NCBI GenBank assembly: GCA_030704615.1
Contig: CM060734.1
Location: 20,956,001 to 21,020,000, forward strand
Length of the DNA: 64,000 bases
DNA from: Takakia lepidozioides
Lineage: Eukaryota > Plantae > Bryophyta
Reading direction: 5' to 3'
Shown here piece by piece: positions 13,724 to 27,570 of this stretch; the first letter of the stretch is position 1, and each line of letters starts with the position of its first letter. The notes below the pieces were generated by a model, which saw only the letters and a list, made by a program, of their open reading frames with translations, was not told the origin of the DNA and ran no database searches. The position numbers and the translations under genes are program-made.

Positions 13724-14368
13724 GTCTCAATCCCCTCCAAATTGTTTTTACATTATTGCGTCGGTCACACACTCCTATCCGTTACTGTTTCGTCCTTGAT
13801 TGTGTAAAACCTTTGCGTTTGTTATTATCTCTTTGACTCTGTCCTCCGTTCTCTGCTCAGGCAGAACTTTGGTTTGAGGTTATGTCGATTTTCTGCGACT
13901 GCCTGCTAGTAAGTTCTCTTGGAAAATGCTCTTGGTTTTGGCTTCAGAGGTTGCGTGAGATGGTGAGGTAGACAGATGGGTGAGGGATGTCACTAGTCCT
14001 CTTGGTTTGGGGTGTACAGCGCTGTAGATAATTTTATCGGAAAGATAGAGCTAGGTTTTTATGATTGCCTTTGCCTTCTTCTTGTCAAGCTGCTGGCCAG
14101 CCTTGAATTGACCTCAAAAGGTGTAATGTGTGGCGTTGGGAGTCTGGACTGCGTGGGACATTGAAGCTAAAATCAAGCTTGGATCTACACAAGGATGTCT
14201 TGTTGTTTAATTGCAATGGAGCTGAAACGAAGTTGTTTTTTATTTTGAGCAGCCAATCGAAGTCACGCTGTCATGCGTTGCGTCTGACCAGTGCCATTTG
14301 TTATTCATACAGTGTTGACAAACATCAATTAAGGCAAGAGCAGAGCGACAATTGTCACTGCAGTAGGG

Positions 14369-17300
14369 ATGGCGGCAGCCTGTGCAACTGCTTCCTCTGT
14401 ATCGAAGTACACACCGGGTGCTTCTCCAGTCAGGCATTCTGGGTGGAATGTAGGCAGGCACGAGGTGTGTCAAGCTGGGCAATTTGTTTTTCGAAGAAGG
14501 AAGGAGTCCCTCCAGGTGTGTAGAACAAGGGGTCGTCCCTTTTCAACCAGCGCCAGGGATTTGGTTTTTGACCTGGGCCAGCATGCACTTTTCTCCCAAG
14601 CAGTAGGATGGGGGCCGCATCACAGATACGATGGGAGGCGTAAGTCGCAGATCGTGGCTGCCAGTCCACCAGCTGAAGAAGTTGCCGTTAGGGCTGAGCC
14701 GTTGACAAAACAGGACTTGGTCGCTTATCTTGCCTCCGGCTGCAAACCGAAGGAGAAGTGGAGGTCGGGTTTCTAGTCAACCACTCTGTTAGGGCACCGC
14801 GTTACACGCACGTGCTTGGTGGTTTTTGTGAGTCGTTAACTTTCTAGGGATCCACTTTGGTTCAACTTTCACACCTGTGTAACCTGCAGTGATGTTATTG
14901 GCAGGCACACGTGGTGTAGGGTTGCAGGCCGTGTCTTTTCAATTTCCTATTGTCTGTTCAGCGTAGGCCTTGCATGGATTCAGTTGCAAGTCCTAGATGA
15001 AAGGATTTGTAAGCATGTAAGAGTGATTGGGTAGAAATGAGTTGTGCAGGATTGGTACAGAGCATGAGAAGTTTGGTTTTCAGCTGGGAAATCTGAAGCC
15101 CATGACCTATGAACATATTGCACAGCTTCTTGATGGAATGGCTGAACGCTTCCAGTGGGAAAGAGTTTTGGAGGGCAGCAAAATTATTGGACTAAGATTT
15201 GTGAGCCCTAACTTCCACTACATGAACTAATGATCAGGTTTTGTGTTGGTTGGTTATTGTAGGTTTTCAATCATACTGTACTCAGTTATTATTTTGACCA
15301 CTGGTTGCCTGCGGGCTTGGAGAATGTTTGCATTGCCTGAAACTCTTTGAGTTTACAGCTTGAGGGTTTAAGAGGCCAGGTTTGATGTGGATGAAAGGGC
15401 AGGATGGGCAGAGTGTGTCATTGGAGCCGGGTGGCCAGTTTGAGTTGAGTGGTGCCCCACTTGACACATTGCATCAGACATGTGCTGAGGTCAATTCTCA
15501 TCTGTATCAGGTCTGGCGGCAGGTCCCTCTTTCCGCAGCCTGCAGTTCATTGCCGGACTGCTCATTAGTCACAAGTTACATTTACAGATGAGCATGTAGC
15601 CTTTCCACTTGAGTGGGTGTATAGGTTTCCCGAGAGATTGAGCAATGCATTTTCCCTTGAGAGGGATACAGAGATAGAGGTCAAAACAGGTCAAAGAGGG
15701 TTGTGTGCAGCAAGGTTTACATTATTCCGAGTATAAATAGGAAAAGGTTGGGGATGCACAAGATCAGATGTGGATCTGAATTTGCTGTCATTCCCCATGC
15801 AAATGAACCTCCTGGGCTGGGATAAAACTGAAGAATTGCATGCATAGGTCTTGCATGTGTGTCTTGGCCCCAAAGTGGCATTGCAGGGCCTGCATGGATG
15901 TGGTCGGGGAGGCCTTATGCATGAATGAAAAGTGAAGGTGAGAGTAGCTAAGAGCTGGACATCTGCAGGTTAAGGCAGTGGCTGAGGAGCTAGGACTGGG
16001 GTTTGCAGGCATCGGCTTTCAACCCAAGTGGCCTGTGGAGACCATTCCTATCATGCCCAAGGTGCAACATATGCTTATGTTTCTGCTATTTTTCATGATT
16101 TCAGAGAAGTACTATTTCCCCCCCCCCTAATGTGACTTAGATATTGGGGACATCTGCGGCTGTTGGTGGAAGGGCTCTCAGAGGGACCGGTTTGTCACAG
16201 TTAATCACAGGCAGTCCATTTCACTGGAGAACGTTTGTGTACGGTAGATTAGTTGATTTAGGCATCTCAAGTGACGAGTTGATGGTGCTTTACCAAGTCT
16301 AGTGGGGTGAAAACAGGGCAGGTACGACATAATGCGCAACTACATGCCTAAAGTTGGCTCCTATGGCCTGGATATGATGTTCCGTACATGCACTGTGCAG
16401 GTGCTCCTGTATGACCTTCATCTTTTTGCATTCCACCTGCTGTTTCATATATGGTCTTCTTTGGTCCCTCAATCTATCGTATTGACTGTTTTTGCCAGAA
16501 TAGCTTCAGTGCAGTCGATCCGCAGGGTTGGCCATGCCGACTGCTAACTGGTTATGCATGGTTTTTACCTTACACTTCATCCCAGGACATGCACTCCACC
16601 CAAAGTAAGTTGGGGTGAAAAAGCGCTATGAAAGGCTGCATTTCCCAGACTTGTAAGAGATTGCTTGCCACTTTTGTTCGAGGAGAAATGAGGGGGAAAG
16701 TTATGGATGTAACAAAGGGAAGCAGGGCCACTAGACTATTAAGGGTGAAAGCACCTGGTAGATGAGAGCATCTGTTTGTTGTGAACAAGAACCCGAGTAA
16801 ATATTCGTAAAGAAGGCCCACTAGTTTAGACCATGTCTCAGGATTGAACTGAGGCTTCTTTCAACACATGGAGAGGGCCTGTCCATGCATCTAGAACGCA
16901 AGAAAGATCCATTCCTGGACGATTGGTACAAAAACATTAGATCTGTCTTTGTATCCAAAAGTTGAATTTCAATTTCTCTTTCTGGTTGGAAGGCACACAT
17001 CTTTTTTACATACCCTTGCTGACAAACTTGTTGGTTTCTTGAAATAGAACACAGTATGAAGCCCAACTTGCCAAGGAAGTTTTTGTGTGTTAATATACCC
17101 ACTGTTAACCCAATTTTGGGCATTTGCACAGTGTGTGTACCACTTTCCAATCATAGCCTGCATTTACCTGTCAATACTTATGGGTTGGCAGGTGAATCTG
17201 GACTTTGAGTCTGAGGAGGATATGGCAAGGAAGTTTCGCATTGGCCTTGCTTTGCAGCCTGTAAGTACTGAAGAAATCTGTAGAGTGGACCTGCACATAG

Positions 17301-20300
17301 TCGCTTTTTTAAGCACAATTTCTAGCTACTGGATTTTGGTTACTCTGGTGTTATCAGGTACTGAAGTTCCGAGGACCTATACGTATGCATTTGCAGGAGT
17401 CCTAATAATGTCTGTTTTTCAAAATGGCTTTGACAGATTGCAACCGCTCTTTTTGCAAATTCTCCTTTCACTGAAGGAAAGCCCAATGGTTACCTGAGCT
17501 TTAGAAGGTGAGAGTTTGTTGCTGTAGTCCTGTTGTGCCCACAATAGTAATGTCCTTAGCCTATACTTCCCTGCAAATGTCATGATAGGGGATGATTCGT
17601 GTTACATGAGAATTCAGACAAAACTCCTTGTTTGTGTAGTTGCTTGTGCCCTTTACATGAGTAGTTTTTTACTTGTGCAGGTATTTGATGTAATGTGCCG
17701 TTGATTGTTTTTCTCTGTGGCAGTCATATCTGGACGGATGTAGACAACAATCGGACGGGGGATTTACCCTTTGTATTTCAAGATGATTTTGGGTAAAGAT
17801 CATTCAACATTATGCAGTTCCAAAGGCTATCTGTAAAGGCAGTCAAGCAGTAGAGGTACTTTTACATGGTGTAGTTCTTCCTGGGCATCATCAATGGAGA
17901 AGTTAAATATAAACCTCTGTGGGATCTTAATAAATTATCGATTCATGTATGTGTTGTAACTACTCAATATACCAAGGGTTGACTGAATGGCTCCTTGTCC
18001 TCATAATTTACAAGTGGTTGGTGACAATGTTCGGACACTGGAAGTGGCTTTCTCTATGAAAGGGTGCGAGCCCTACATACTAGTGCTTGGATTTCTTGTG
18101 AAAGGTATAATCTATATGAAGTACCTGTACCTATATCAGGTGTGTGGGTATGCAGGTTTGATAAATATGTGGATTTTGCTCTTGACGTGCCCATGTATTT
18201 TGTGTACCGCAAGAAACACTATGTTGACTGCAGCGGTCTTTCTTTCAGGGTAAGTGCAGCTTTACAGATGTCTCCTCTGCAAGTTTCCAGCAGTATAAAG
18301 CTGTACAGGCAGTCTAAGTATTTGACCATGTATTTGCCACAAGGCTACGGCAAATAACGTCTCATGAGTACATTTTTTTGGTATTTTACCATGTATCTAA
18401 CTCTCTCACACATTGACCTCGCCAAAGGTCAGGTGGTCTTATTGGGTGACTCCAATTCCGGGTGGGTAAAGGTCTTCATCAGGATGATACCATTGGGCCT
18501 TTTGGTGAGGACGAGCTGAATTCTAATGGAAGACGTTTAATAAACTGTCTGGAAGAACTTCAGCTTTTGACCTTGAATAATAGGTCAAAAGGAGACCTAG
18601 TGCAGTGAACTTGTGAGAAATCCCAAACTGGGGAACGATCCATTGTGCATTATATCATAGTGGAAATTTTTTGTTTCCCCCTAGTGCCGGCCAGTGTGTT
18701 GATCGACAGAACTGATATTGGTACCTCTGACCACTGCCTGGTTTGGACAGAGATCAAAAGGTGTTTCCCCAACACCAAGAGATCTGTGAAACGTTCGATT
18801 CAGAAGTGGCGCATGGAAAAATTGCAAATTGAAGAGGTCAAGGCTGAGTATGTCCAGGCCTTGCAAGAAGCTCTCCCTCACTTTGTCCATTCGCTCCAAG
18901 ATCTTCAGTCTCGCTCCGGCAATGCAAGAAATGAAGTCGAAAGAGCGGTTGATTCTTTGGAGAGTTTTGTCTCCTCTGTGGCTGACAAGATCTTTGGGAG
19001 GAAACTAATTGTCTGCGGTAGAGCTGTTAATTGGTGGACCAATGAGATCAAACTCCAGATAGCCAAGAGAGGAGTCCTCTATAAAGAGTGCTGTAACTTG
19101 AAAGTCAACAAAGAATTGTGGGCTAGGTACTACCAGATCCGCAAAGATATCAATCAGCTTGTAAGGTCTCAGGAGAAATCATATTGGGACAAGTTACACA
19201 GTGAAATAAACTATGGGTGGTGATGACAAGAGATTCTGGTTGGTCCTTCAACATCTGTACAAGCCGAAAAATTGTCAGCAAGTACAAGCGCTGAGGACTA
19301 CTAAGGGTGCAGTGGTGACTTCAAACTCACTACAGTACCCTTGGCAGAAATTCTAGATCTAACAGTGAGGGGTTTTTCTGAAGAATGGAAGGACACAGTA
19401 GGAAAAACTGTTTCCATGATTCAAGACAGCCCTGATGAACTGGAGTATATTTCAATGGGTTACAACGTGCCCATTAGTTCTTCTGAGATTGTGGAAGCAA
19501 TTGAGCATTTAAAGCTGGTGGTCCCGATGGCATAGTCAATGAGCTTATCAAGCATGGTGGCGACCCCATGATAGAGGCCCTTGAACTTCTCTTTAATCTT
19601 ATCTGGAGGACTGAAATGATCCCCCTTTCGCTGGCGACAGGGGGTCATTGTCAATCTACACAAGAAAGGTGGCAGAGAAGAGCCGGGGAACTTTTGAGGC
19701 ATCACACTTTTCAATGTAGTTGGCAAGATATTTTGCAGAGTTTTAAGTACTCGTCTCGAGATTGATCTGGAGCATAGAGGTTGTTTCCATGAAGGCCAAG
19801 CTGGCTTTCGGAGAAACAGGGGTGTGGAACATGGGGAAGGCCAACATGGATGACCGCAAGGGTTTACCCAGTCTCGGGCACTAGACTGAAATTTAAACTC
19901 AGGGCAGGAAGCCTACCTCAACAGCAAACAGATGCAGAGAGGAAAGGGGATTGCAATTGCCCGTTGTGTGGGCAACCTGAAGACAATATTCATTTTCTGA
20001 TTCATTGTCCTGGGTACTCTCACCAGAGAGACACCCTCTTCAAATCCATCAAGGGATTTGTGCCTGTACCTCTGTTTACCAACTTTGAAAATCTTGAGGC
20101 TGAGCCAAAAGCCCAGGCCCTTTTGGGGCCTAGTTATTGGGCAAATCACACATAGCAGATTGATGCTTGTGTAAAGGGATGTCTAGAGGATATCTGGAAA
20201 ACTCGGATCAATTGTCTGTTCCAAGGTAAGTCATACTACCGGCGTCAGCCCCTGACAAAGGTAGTTTCTGTCGCTTTGTGTTCCGCTCAAACTGGGCACG

Positions 20301-22839
20301 GGGTCAATGGACACAAGGCTACGGCAAACAACGTCTTATGAGTACAATCTCTTACACATTGACCATATTTCCTGCATCCTGTTGCATCCTGTTAGTTTGC
20401 TTCCTCTTCTAAACCGTTAATTAGAGCATCCTTATGACATGTATTTCTTGAGATTATGAGTCGGAGTGTTTTCATGTTCACCTATCTAGCGCTTGTTTTC
20501 ATGCATTTTCTCAGGCCAGGATTCTTTGGATTTTCTTCCTTGAGTGAGACTACTGAGCACAAATACTTGGCTCTTCGGAAGTGCTGACCAAGCTGGAAGC
20601 TGGTGTAAATATATTGTCAATGCCGCCATGTCAATGGGGAGTAGCCAAAAGTACATTTTGATTGTACTATGTGGAAGTCGATTAGTCGCCTTGAGGTGGT
20701 TGTGTATGTTCAGGATTTCATGGCTGGAAAGTTGCCGGCCCTGCCTGGAGATGTACCGACTCTGAATGACTGGGAGAATCATCTAACCACCATCTTTCCC
20801 GAGGTGCTTTGCATGTTTTTCCTTAATATCCTCGTAATTGTGCATCCTCTGCAAATTGTTGGATGAGGAGTTCAACTGTCACTGCATTATTATAAAAAAC
20901 TGTTGTGCTATTTAAGTTCCCTGACTGCCAAGACACAGCATCACTCTCAGTTTCGCATGGGCTAATGACTGACTTGCCTGTGGAGGGTACAGGTTAGGCT
21001 AAAACGCTACTTGGAGATGAGGGGGGCTGATGGAGGTCCATGGCGGCGATTGTGTGCATTGCCTGCTTTCTGGGTATGTGGAGGCGTCATGTGAGGGATT
21101 TCCAGATTGTGCACGTTCTTCATGCTTAGTAGTTCCCTGGTGTTGTCACATCAAAGTTGTTAGTGGCATAGAGTTATAGCCCACTACCTACAGTGGTTGA
21201 CTAAACGTTAGTGAAAATAGCAGTTGCCTATCTGGTGCTCCTTGCGTAATGCACTGGTCTTGTTAGTTGCTTGTGAGTTCGTTTCGTCTGATTATTTCAC
21301 ATATATGGAGAGGGTGTGGAGGCTGTGAGATGGGAAAGCAGTCGGTGATTTCTTATGAATCGCACTCTGCACTTGTTTGCAGGTGGGATTGTTGTATGAT
21401 GAACAGTCCCTACAAGGAGCATTGGACATTATCAATGACTGGACAGATAGGGAGCGTGCCATGCTTCGGGCAAAGGTATGTCCAGTCACACAATCCACTG
21501 GAAAGGTGGCAATTATTTTTCATTGGTATCTTGGAAATGTTCCAGAGGTGGAAAGATATTGTTTCAGGGGAAACAGTTCTATATCTTCCTTGCAATTCCT
21601 GTGGTATGATCTTCCTTTTGGTTCTGGCTGCTGTGGTGTCAACTTAAGGATCAAAGCTATTTTGTCTTCCTCTGCCTCCTTTCTGGTTAGATTCCTGGGG
21701 GTTGTCAGAAGACCCTGGATTGCACTAAATAATTAGGAAACTAGTAGATTTAGTTGCTACTTGAGAAAGTAGTATTGAGGCACTCGGGATTTGGTTGGCA
21801 ACAAGGTCCCAATGCTGGGGTTGAAGACGCCATTTCGAGACGGCCTCTTGAAACACGTCGCACAGGATGTGTATCAGCTTGCCAAGGTGTTTTCCTGCTC
21901 AATTTTATGACAGTCCACAGGCTTGGCTTTTGGTAGACCAGTCCATGCTACTTTGTGTGCAAATGTCATCTGTCTTATTATGTGCATCAACTGTGGTGGT
22001 GAGGACACCATTGACAATGTTAGTGTCATGGTTGTGGAAACAGGAGGGATTGTTGAGAAGAGGGTACAAGGAGGCTGGCTTTTTGAATGAGATCCAAGAA
22101 ACTGTCATGACAGGTTCGTAATCACTGCCCTTGTATATACACTGTCAAGGTAGGTTTTTCTTGGGTTGTGATAATACTCCAGACCAGTGTAAGCAGGTTC
22201 AATGACTAGTCTTCTACTAGGAGCGACTCCCGCAAGAGCAGGTGAGATTTCCAAATCAATGTGAGGGGGACACTCAGGGGCAAGGGCTTTCCCATGCGAC
22301 GGTCCTCGCCCGAGCATGGGAGTGCAATGGCAGGGCCAATGAGCGTGGGAAGGCGCAAGACCCTGAGCCTTCCCTGACGTGGTCCCAAGTGCGAACGATA
22401 ATTCAACAGCTGTCTGCAGAGACATTCCGCGGGAGGTGTATGGGCAATCAGTGATTGGCTGTTCACATGAACCGTCTGATTGGAAATTCTATTTGCTGCT
22501 ACTTGTCAATGAGTCATGGCGATGATGCCAGAAGTGGGCACTAAAGTACAAAAGAGAAAATGAGCACATGGGATTACGCCTCTGAAACCTCCACCAGAGC
22601 TCCCAAGAGGCTTTACTGTTACGATGTGAAGGCGTTGCTCATGTCACAAACTTTTGACGGACCACTGTAAAAGCTTAGGGTATGTGCAGCAGGGTGAACA
22701 TGTGTGCAAAATACTGGGACTGAGTAGATGTGCTTGTTTGATGTGTGCAGGTGTGACTCCTGCAGAAAGGCTGTTGGATCTTTACCACGGGATATGGGGA
22801 CGGAACATCGATCCTATTTTTGAAGAATTGCTCTACTGA
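14369..22839 (+). CDS. GSH1: Glutamate-cysteine ligase with probable plastid transit peptide; exons 14369-14763, 15050-15200, 15403-15510, 15969-16061, 16317-16400, 17192-17260, 17437-17507, 17724-17792, 18156-18249, 20714-20803, 20993-21073, 21383-21475, 21806-21886, 22044-22113, 22751-22839
   Basis: Peptides [111 protein letters not shown] and FEELLY*. All introns are GT-AG and the exons sum to 1638 nt (545 aa plus stop). Confidence 0.96.
18420..20325 (+). mobile_element. Internally deleted RTE-like LINE in GSH1 intron 9
   Basis: APE motifs VLLGDSN, NSNGRRL and SDHCLV; RT start (GGPDG..ELIKHG, LHKKG..NF*GITL, QAGFR); C-terminal CPLC..HFLIHC. Flanked by long direct repeats. Confidence 0.75.
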
Positions 22840-24258
22840 AAGTTGTAGCATAGCCGTTGCTCTTGCATTCGTTAATGCCAACTTCAGATCAAACCAACCG
22901 ACCCCAAACCAGGTTACAAAAAGTTGTAAGGTGAATTAGGAAGGGTAGCATGTGTGTTATTCACTTTAGTAATCTCTCTCTCTTGGTGCTTGTTAACTTG
23001 TGCGTCATAAGAGTCATGTACCTGCCTCGACATTTAAGATGTAAAGTGATGATATGGGTTAGTAACATGCACATGCAATATATACCTCAGTACAACCATT
23101 TTTTTCAAGTCATTAGCATTATATTCAGCAAGCAATTTCACTTCCTTACATTGAGTAGCACAGGCCCAGATTTAACGTTTAATGACTTTAACAAGATAGA
23201 GCTCCCATGAGAGGACACGCAAGTTATTTCTTTCAATAAGTGGCCATATATTCAAAAAATTGAAATGCAGTCAACTTTCTAAAATCCACTTTGAATTTCT
23301 AATCTTTTTCTCAGTCAGTCTACCTTTCGTACACAAGTTTATCCTACAGCATGTGTAAAGAGACAAAGCATCTGAATACTTGACTAGCTTCCAACAAATT
23401 TAATTACTCGTGATGCCCTCTAACCAAAATAAGTTCTTCAACAGGCTATGCAGGTCTTCTTCTATGACTCTTACACACTCCAGTATCCCACTTCCAAGCT
23501 AAGATGTATTACCTGTGAGAGAAACCCAAGGGCCCCGTTGAGGACAGTACCTATTCTCTAGCTTAAGACAGGAGCCAGTCTCTTTGACTGTAAGCCATGG
23601 GTAAAAGTCAGAAGAGAAAGCCACTGTCGGAATCCTATCAATACTACCAAGCAGAAAAATACAGTCAGGAAGGAGAAGAAAATGTAACTTGTGCACTTTG
23701 ATGCAGCAAAGGCAATGCCAAAGTATTGTAATCTTATCTGCCCTGCAGGATATTTCCCAAATGCACTTCGGTGACATTGAAATTTTCATCAAAAAATATC
23801 TTTAGTGGATAGAGACTCGTGAATCTGCAACAATCTACCATGGCTCTATGTGCCATTAATAGTGCACCATGCTGTCTTTCAGGTTTCACGCATGCAAATT
23901 AATATGCTTCGGGTAATTAGGTACCAACTAACCCTCAAAAGATTGAGGACATGTCGCGCATTGAAATACAAGATCAGTGGCAGACATCAGAGTTGACTAG
24001 TCCCAGCACAACACATCAGATAACACAAGACAATCCACCCTCGGGGATGCAAGGGCGATTCTGAAGCCTGTTAGCAAATGTATTTAACATGGTTTGTAGG
24101 TCATGTATTCCATGGGAGGCGTGCAAACGGGAATAGTGGAAGAAAATGAGCTCCGAGCTTATATCTAGCCTACTACAGAGTTAATATGAGAAGGACGGAT
24201 GCAGGGATGCAGACGATGAGAAAATGTTGGTCAAGCTAGCCAGACATCTGCCAACCCT

Positions 24259-24872
24259 TGTTGGAAGTAATTAAACATATATAGAAGACAAAGTCGAGAA
24301 GGCCAAAGGTCTAGAACACTAAGAGACTACCTTGTTTAACTCACCATTGGAAGGTGAAAGATTAGAAGGTGAATGGTCACCATAGTAGGAAGTGGAAGTG
24401 ACCAAGTAGATCATAGAGATGATCTAAACTTTCTACAGTTGGGTGGAGAGCTTTAGCTTTAGCCTAAGACTTTAGTTCTTATTCTTGTTATTGCTATCAA
24501 TTCTAACATGGTATCAGAGCCATTATTTTCTAGGTGAGAGTTTGAAGTTGAGTTGAGAGAACTTGATCATGGGCTGGAGCGTCGTCTTCTAGCAATCATC
24601 CTCAAATATCTATGACGAATGCATTAGATGTGAGAGTGGAAGATCAATTCAATGGAACTAACTATCAAACCTAGAAGTTTAGGATGGAGATGGTCCTTCT
24701 AGACAAAGACCTATGGGGAGTAGTTGATGGATCAGTCCCAAGACCTAACACTATTGTTGGCCAAACCATATGTGATAGGAAAGATCAGAAAGCAAGAGCT
24801 AGCATCATTACAAGCTTGAAAGACAATCAATTGCATCTCATTATAAGTGCTAAGAATGCTAAGGATGTTTGG
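24259..24872 (+). mobile_element. Ty1/copia 5' fragment: LTR (~24259-24508), PBS and gag start
   Basis: TGTTGG...CTAACA is followed directly by the tRNA-iMet PBS TGGTATCAGAGC (24509-24520). Gag motifs FNGTNY..KFRMEMVL..KDLWGVVDG..DQKARA..AKDVW follow, cut off at a poly-T tract. Confidence 0.85.
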
Positions 24873-24875
24873 GTC

Positions 24876-24916
<41 letters not shown>

Positions 24917-24924
<8 letters not shown>

Positions 24925-25200
24925 CGATCGCCAATTCTGGCGGTCGCTTGTTTTTTATATATTATTAAAATTAAGCGACCGCCTTATGGCGGGTCGCTTG
25001 TTTTTTTATATATTTTTAAAATTATGCGACCGCCATTACGGAGGTCGCTGTTTTTTTTTTTTAAATTAGGCGACCGCCAATGCGACTGCCAATCTTGTTT
25101 TTTTTTATAAAAACAATTAAGCGACCGCCAATATGACGGTCGTTCTTATTTTTTAAATTTCGAAATATAAAGCGACCGCCAGATTTGGCGGTCGCTTTCA
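24917..25200. repeat. Array of six ~50-bp units, each a GC-rich palindrome AAGCGACCGCC-N4-6-GGCGGTCGCTT in AT-rich spacers
   Basis: Read directly from the sequence; one unit is degenerate. Preceded by a ~39-nt poly-T tract. Confidence 0.85.
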
Positions 25201-25742
25201 TTTTATTATTTTTCAAAATGTATTTGTCACCGTCACCGTGTCGGCGACGTGGCTGCTTAAGTGGCAATATTTTACCTGGTACTTTTTTTACTAAAATATT
25301 CTCGGAACCTGACCTGACAGAGGTTCCGTCAACGTCAGGTCTGACGTGACCTGATGCTGACTGACGGACGTGACGCTGATAACTGAGGTGGTGAAAGCTG
25401 TGAGAACTGGCTCAGCAAAGAATACAGTGTTCCACCCCCTGGAGGGGGCACCCGAGCCAATGGAAATGAAGGGCAGGCCAAAGTTGGAGCCAAAAACAGT
25501 AATTCAATGTGCGAATGAGAGGTTTTTGAAGGCATTGGATGGCCGGGCCGCGAAGTTGGCACACATCAAGCAAATGGAGGGGCTGAAAGGCAAAACTCTA
25601 AGGAAGACGACTGTAGAAGAGTCTGCGAACACTCCTGGATTTGTAGCCATAATGGACTTCTTTGCAATGACAAGTGAAGGGAAGAATTGCATGAGGGGTG
25701 GAAATTTATGGAAGGACAATTGAAGAAGTCATTGTTGGCCTT

Positions 25743-26100
25743 CTAATAGAGCCGAGTGTTAGGCAGTTTTTTCATTCCCATTAGTATATGAACCGCGAGC
25801 CAAGCTCTTAGTTCTCTCACTGTGACAGGGCACCACCAGCGGTCTCCTTTGACATTACCTGCATGGTTCATTGTCCTAGCATATAGATTTGTCATGCTGC
25901 AAATCTTGCGGATAATTGCACGGCAGGCCAAAACAAATTAAAAAGTGAACATGAATAGCATCATCTCCAAAAGGCAGCCGTGGGCCAGACTGTCCACCCG
26001 ACCAAATTACCTTTGGTAGCTTCGTTTTGTTGGAGTTCCACATATCATCTGCAAAGAACTTTGCAGAACCCCATTCCTCCCAGCCCTCTAGCAACTCATC
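25743..26100 (-). pseudogene. piggyBac (PGBD-like) transposase N-terminal fragment
   Basis: TNLYA...WCPVTVRELRAWLAVHILMGMKKLPNTRLY matches the PGBD pattern TN.YA...W.PVT..E..A.L...ILMG..KLP....YW. Confidence 0.7.
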
Positions 26101-26399
26101 TATTCCTAGCTCACGCACATGATTGTCAGTCTCAACACAATATTCTATCATGTCAGGATTGTCATCTGCCTTAGGATTAGCATCCTTGTCTGCTACAAGG
26201 TCATAGTCTGAGTCCGAGTCTGCGTCTAAATTATAAGTTAGAATGAGGCAAATCTTCTTCATCATCCAGCCCTAATATCTCGTTCAGGGTACATGGCATA
26301 CCTTCATCAAGGTCCAACACACAACAATGTTCTGAAGACACCACATGCACACCCACCCCACAAAAAAATGATACAAGGTATTTGTCACAGCCAAGGAGG

Positions 26400-26800
26400 A
26401 TGTCCCAAGTCCTCTCTATGCTAGTGCCAAAAACAAATTCTCTTGCAGTGCTCGAGGAGGCAATAGCCTGAAACTGCAAATGGGCTGCTACAACTTTGAC
26501 AGTTGCCCCTAGAATTCCCAAATCCTCCATAGATTGAGAGTGACCAGCAACATCGCTATGCACAATTTGTGAACTACGCAGGAAGTAGGTGGAATTACCC
26601 ATCCATTCAGCATCCAAATCAAATGACATTCAAGATCAGCAGTAGATTTACCTTTCTCCCTTGCTAATTGTTTCAGCCTCATCTTGGCTGGTTGAAGATT
26701 GCTGAAAATCAGACCAACTTGTTGCCTCAAAATCTCATTAACCTTAGGAGCTGAGAGGATTGTCGGAACCATATCTTTGTCTGGACTATGTGTTTCCGGT
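26400..26800 (-). pseudogene. Possible hAT transposase relic
   Basis: FDLDAEWMGNSTYFLR resembles LDV.TRWNSTY.ML, and QAIASSSTAREFVFGTS resembles the hAT dimerisation motif LAIPA.S..SE..FS. Confidence 0.35.
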
Positions 26801-27024
26801 CTCATCTACAGAGTTGCATCCATATGAGTACATTAGAGGTTAGGTAACATACCACTGGTCTTAAACTATCAAGTTTTAAAAGAACCAGCCAGATCCATGG
26901 AGGGAGGGAGAGAGAGGGAGAGAGAGGGAACCCACCACCATCCCCTGGTATGGCAGCTCCTTATGGAGTGAGTGTGGTATGCACTCACCCCGTAAGGGAG
27001 TGCATACCAGACCCCATCACATAA

Positions 27025-27570
27025 ATGACCTCCGATCTCCCTCTTCCTTGCGATTGCACGAACCCAGAATATCAACACATTAAACAAGAACAAAAAATTG
27101 TCAGGTTGCCGGAAAGCAGAAGTCCAATTTCCGTGGTTTCATGGCGGACAACGCACAAGCAAATTGGGCTGCCATCTGAAGGGTGTACGGGGTGTTCCGA
27201 TGGAAGGCAATGAGAGATCTTGTGGGTTCCATTTTCTGCAGAGCTTGTCACAGTACACAACCAGGCTCGTGGCGCCATGAGAATTCAGATAGGAGCACCG
27301 TTCCATGTGTCTTGCATGGAAGCGTGCTCCCACCTTGGATGATGCAGAGACACAGTTTGCATGTATACGGGCTTGGTGGACAACGTCAGGTACTGTAAAG
27401 AAATCAGACGAGGGAGCAATGGTCAGTTGGCTAGCATGGTGACATTATCGTTTCCTCTAGTTCGGTGACTACATGCGGGAGGTGAGTTGGACGATCACGT
27501 CCCGTTCAATATTATGCTAGTCATTGGGCGGCAACCTTGGGAGAAGACCTTCGAGACATGCCATTGCTTC
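27025..27570 (+). pseudogene. Relic of a MULE transposase related to the one at 33198-36688
   Basis: NFRGFMADNAQANWAAI*RVYG..VPMEGNERSCGFHFLQSL..HRSMC..IRAWW..WLAW aligns by eye with NFAGFMADSAQANFNAVRIVFG..VPMPGRERTCLFHWTQSL..HRKLC..IRAWW..WLAFW. Confidence 0.8.

Noticed and set aside
24917-25200. CRISPR array
   Set aside because: Eukaryotic context, no cas genes, spacers are low-complexity A/T tracts, and the repeats vary internally.
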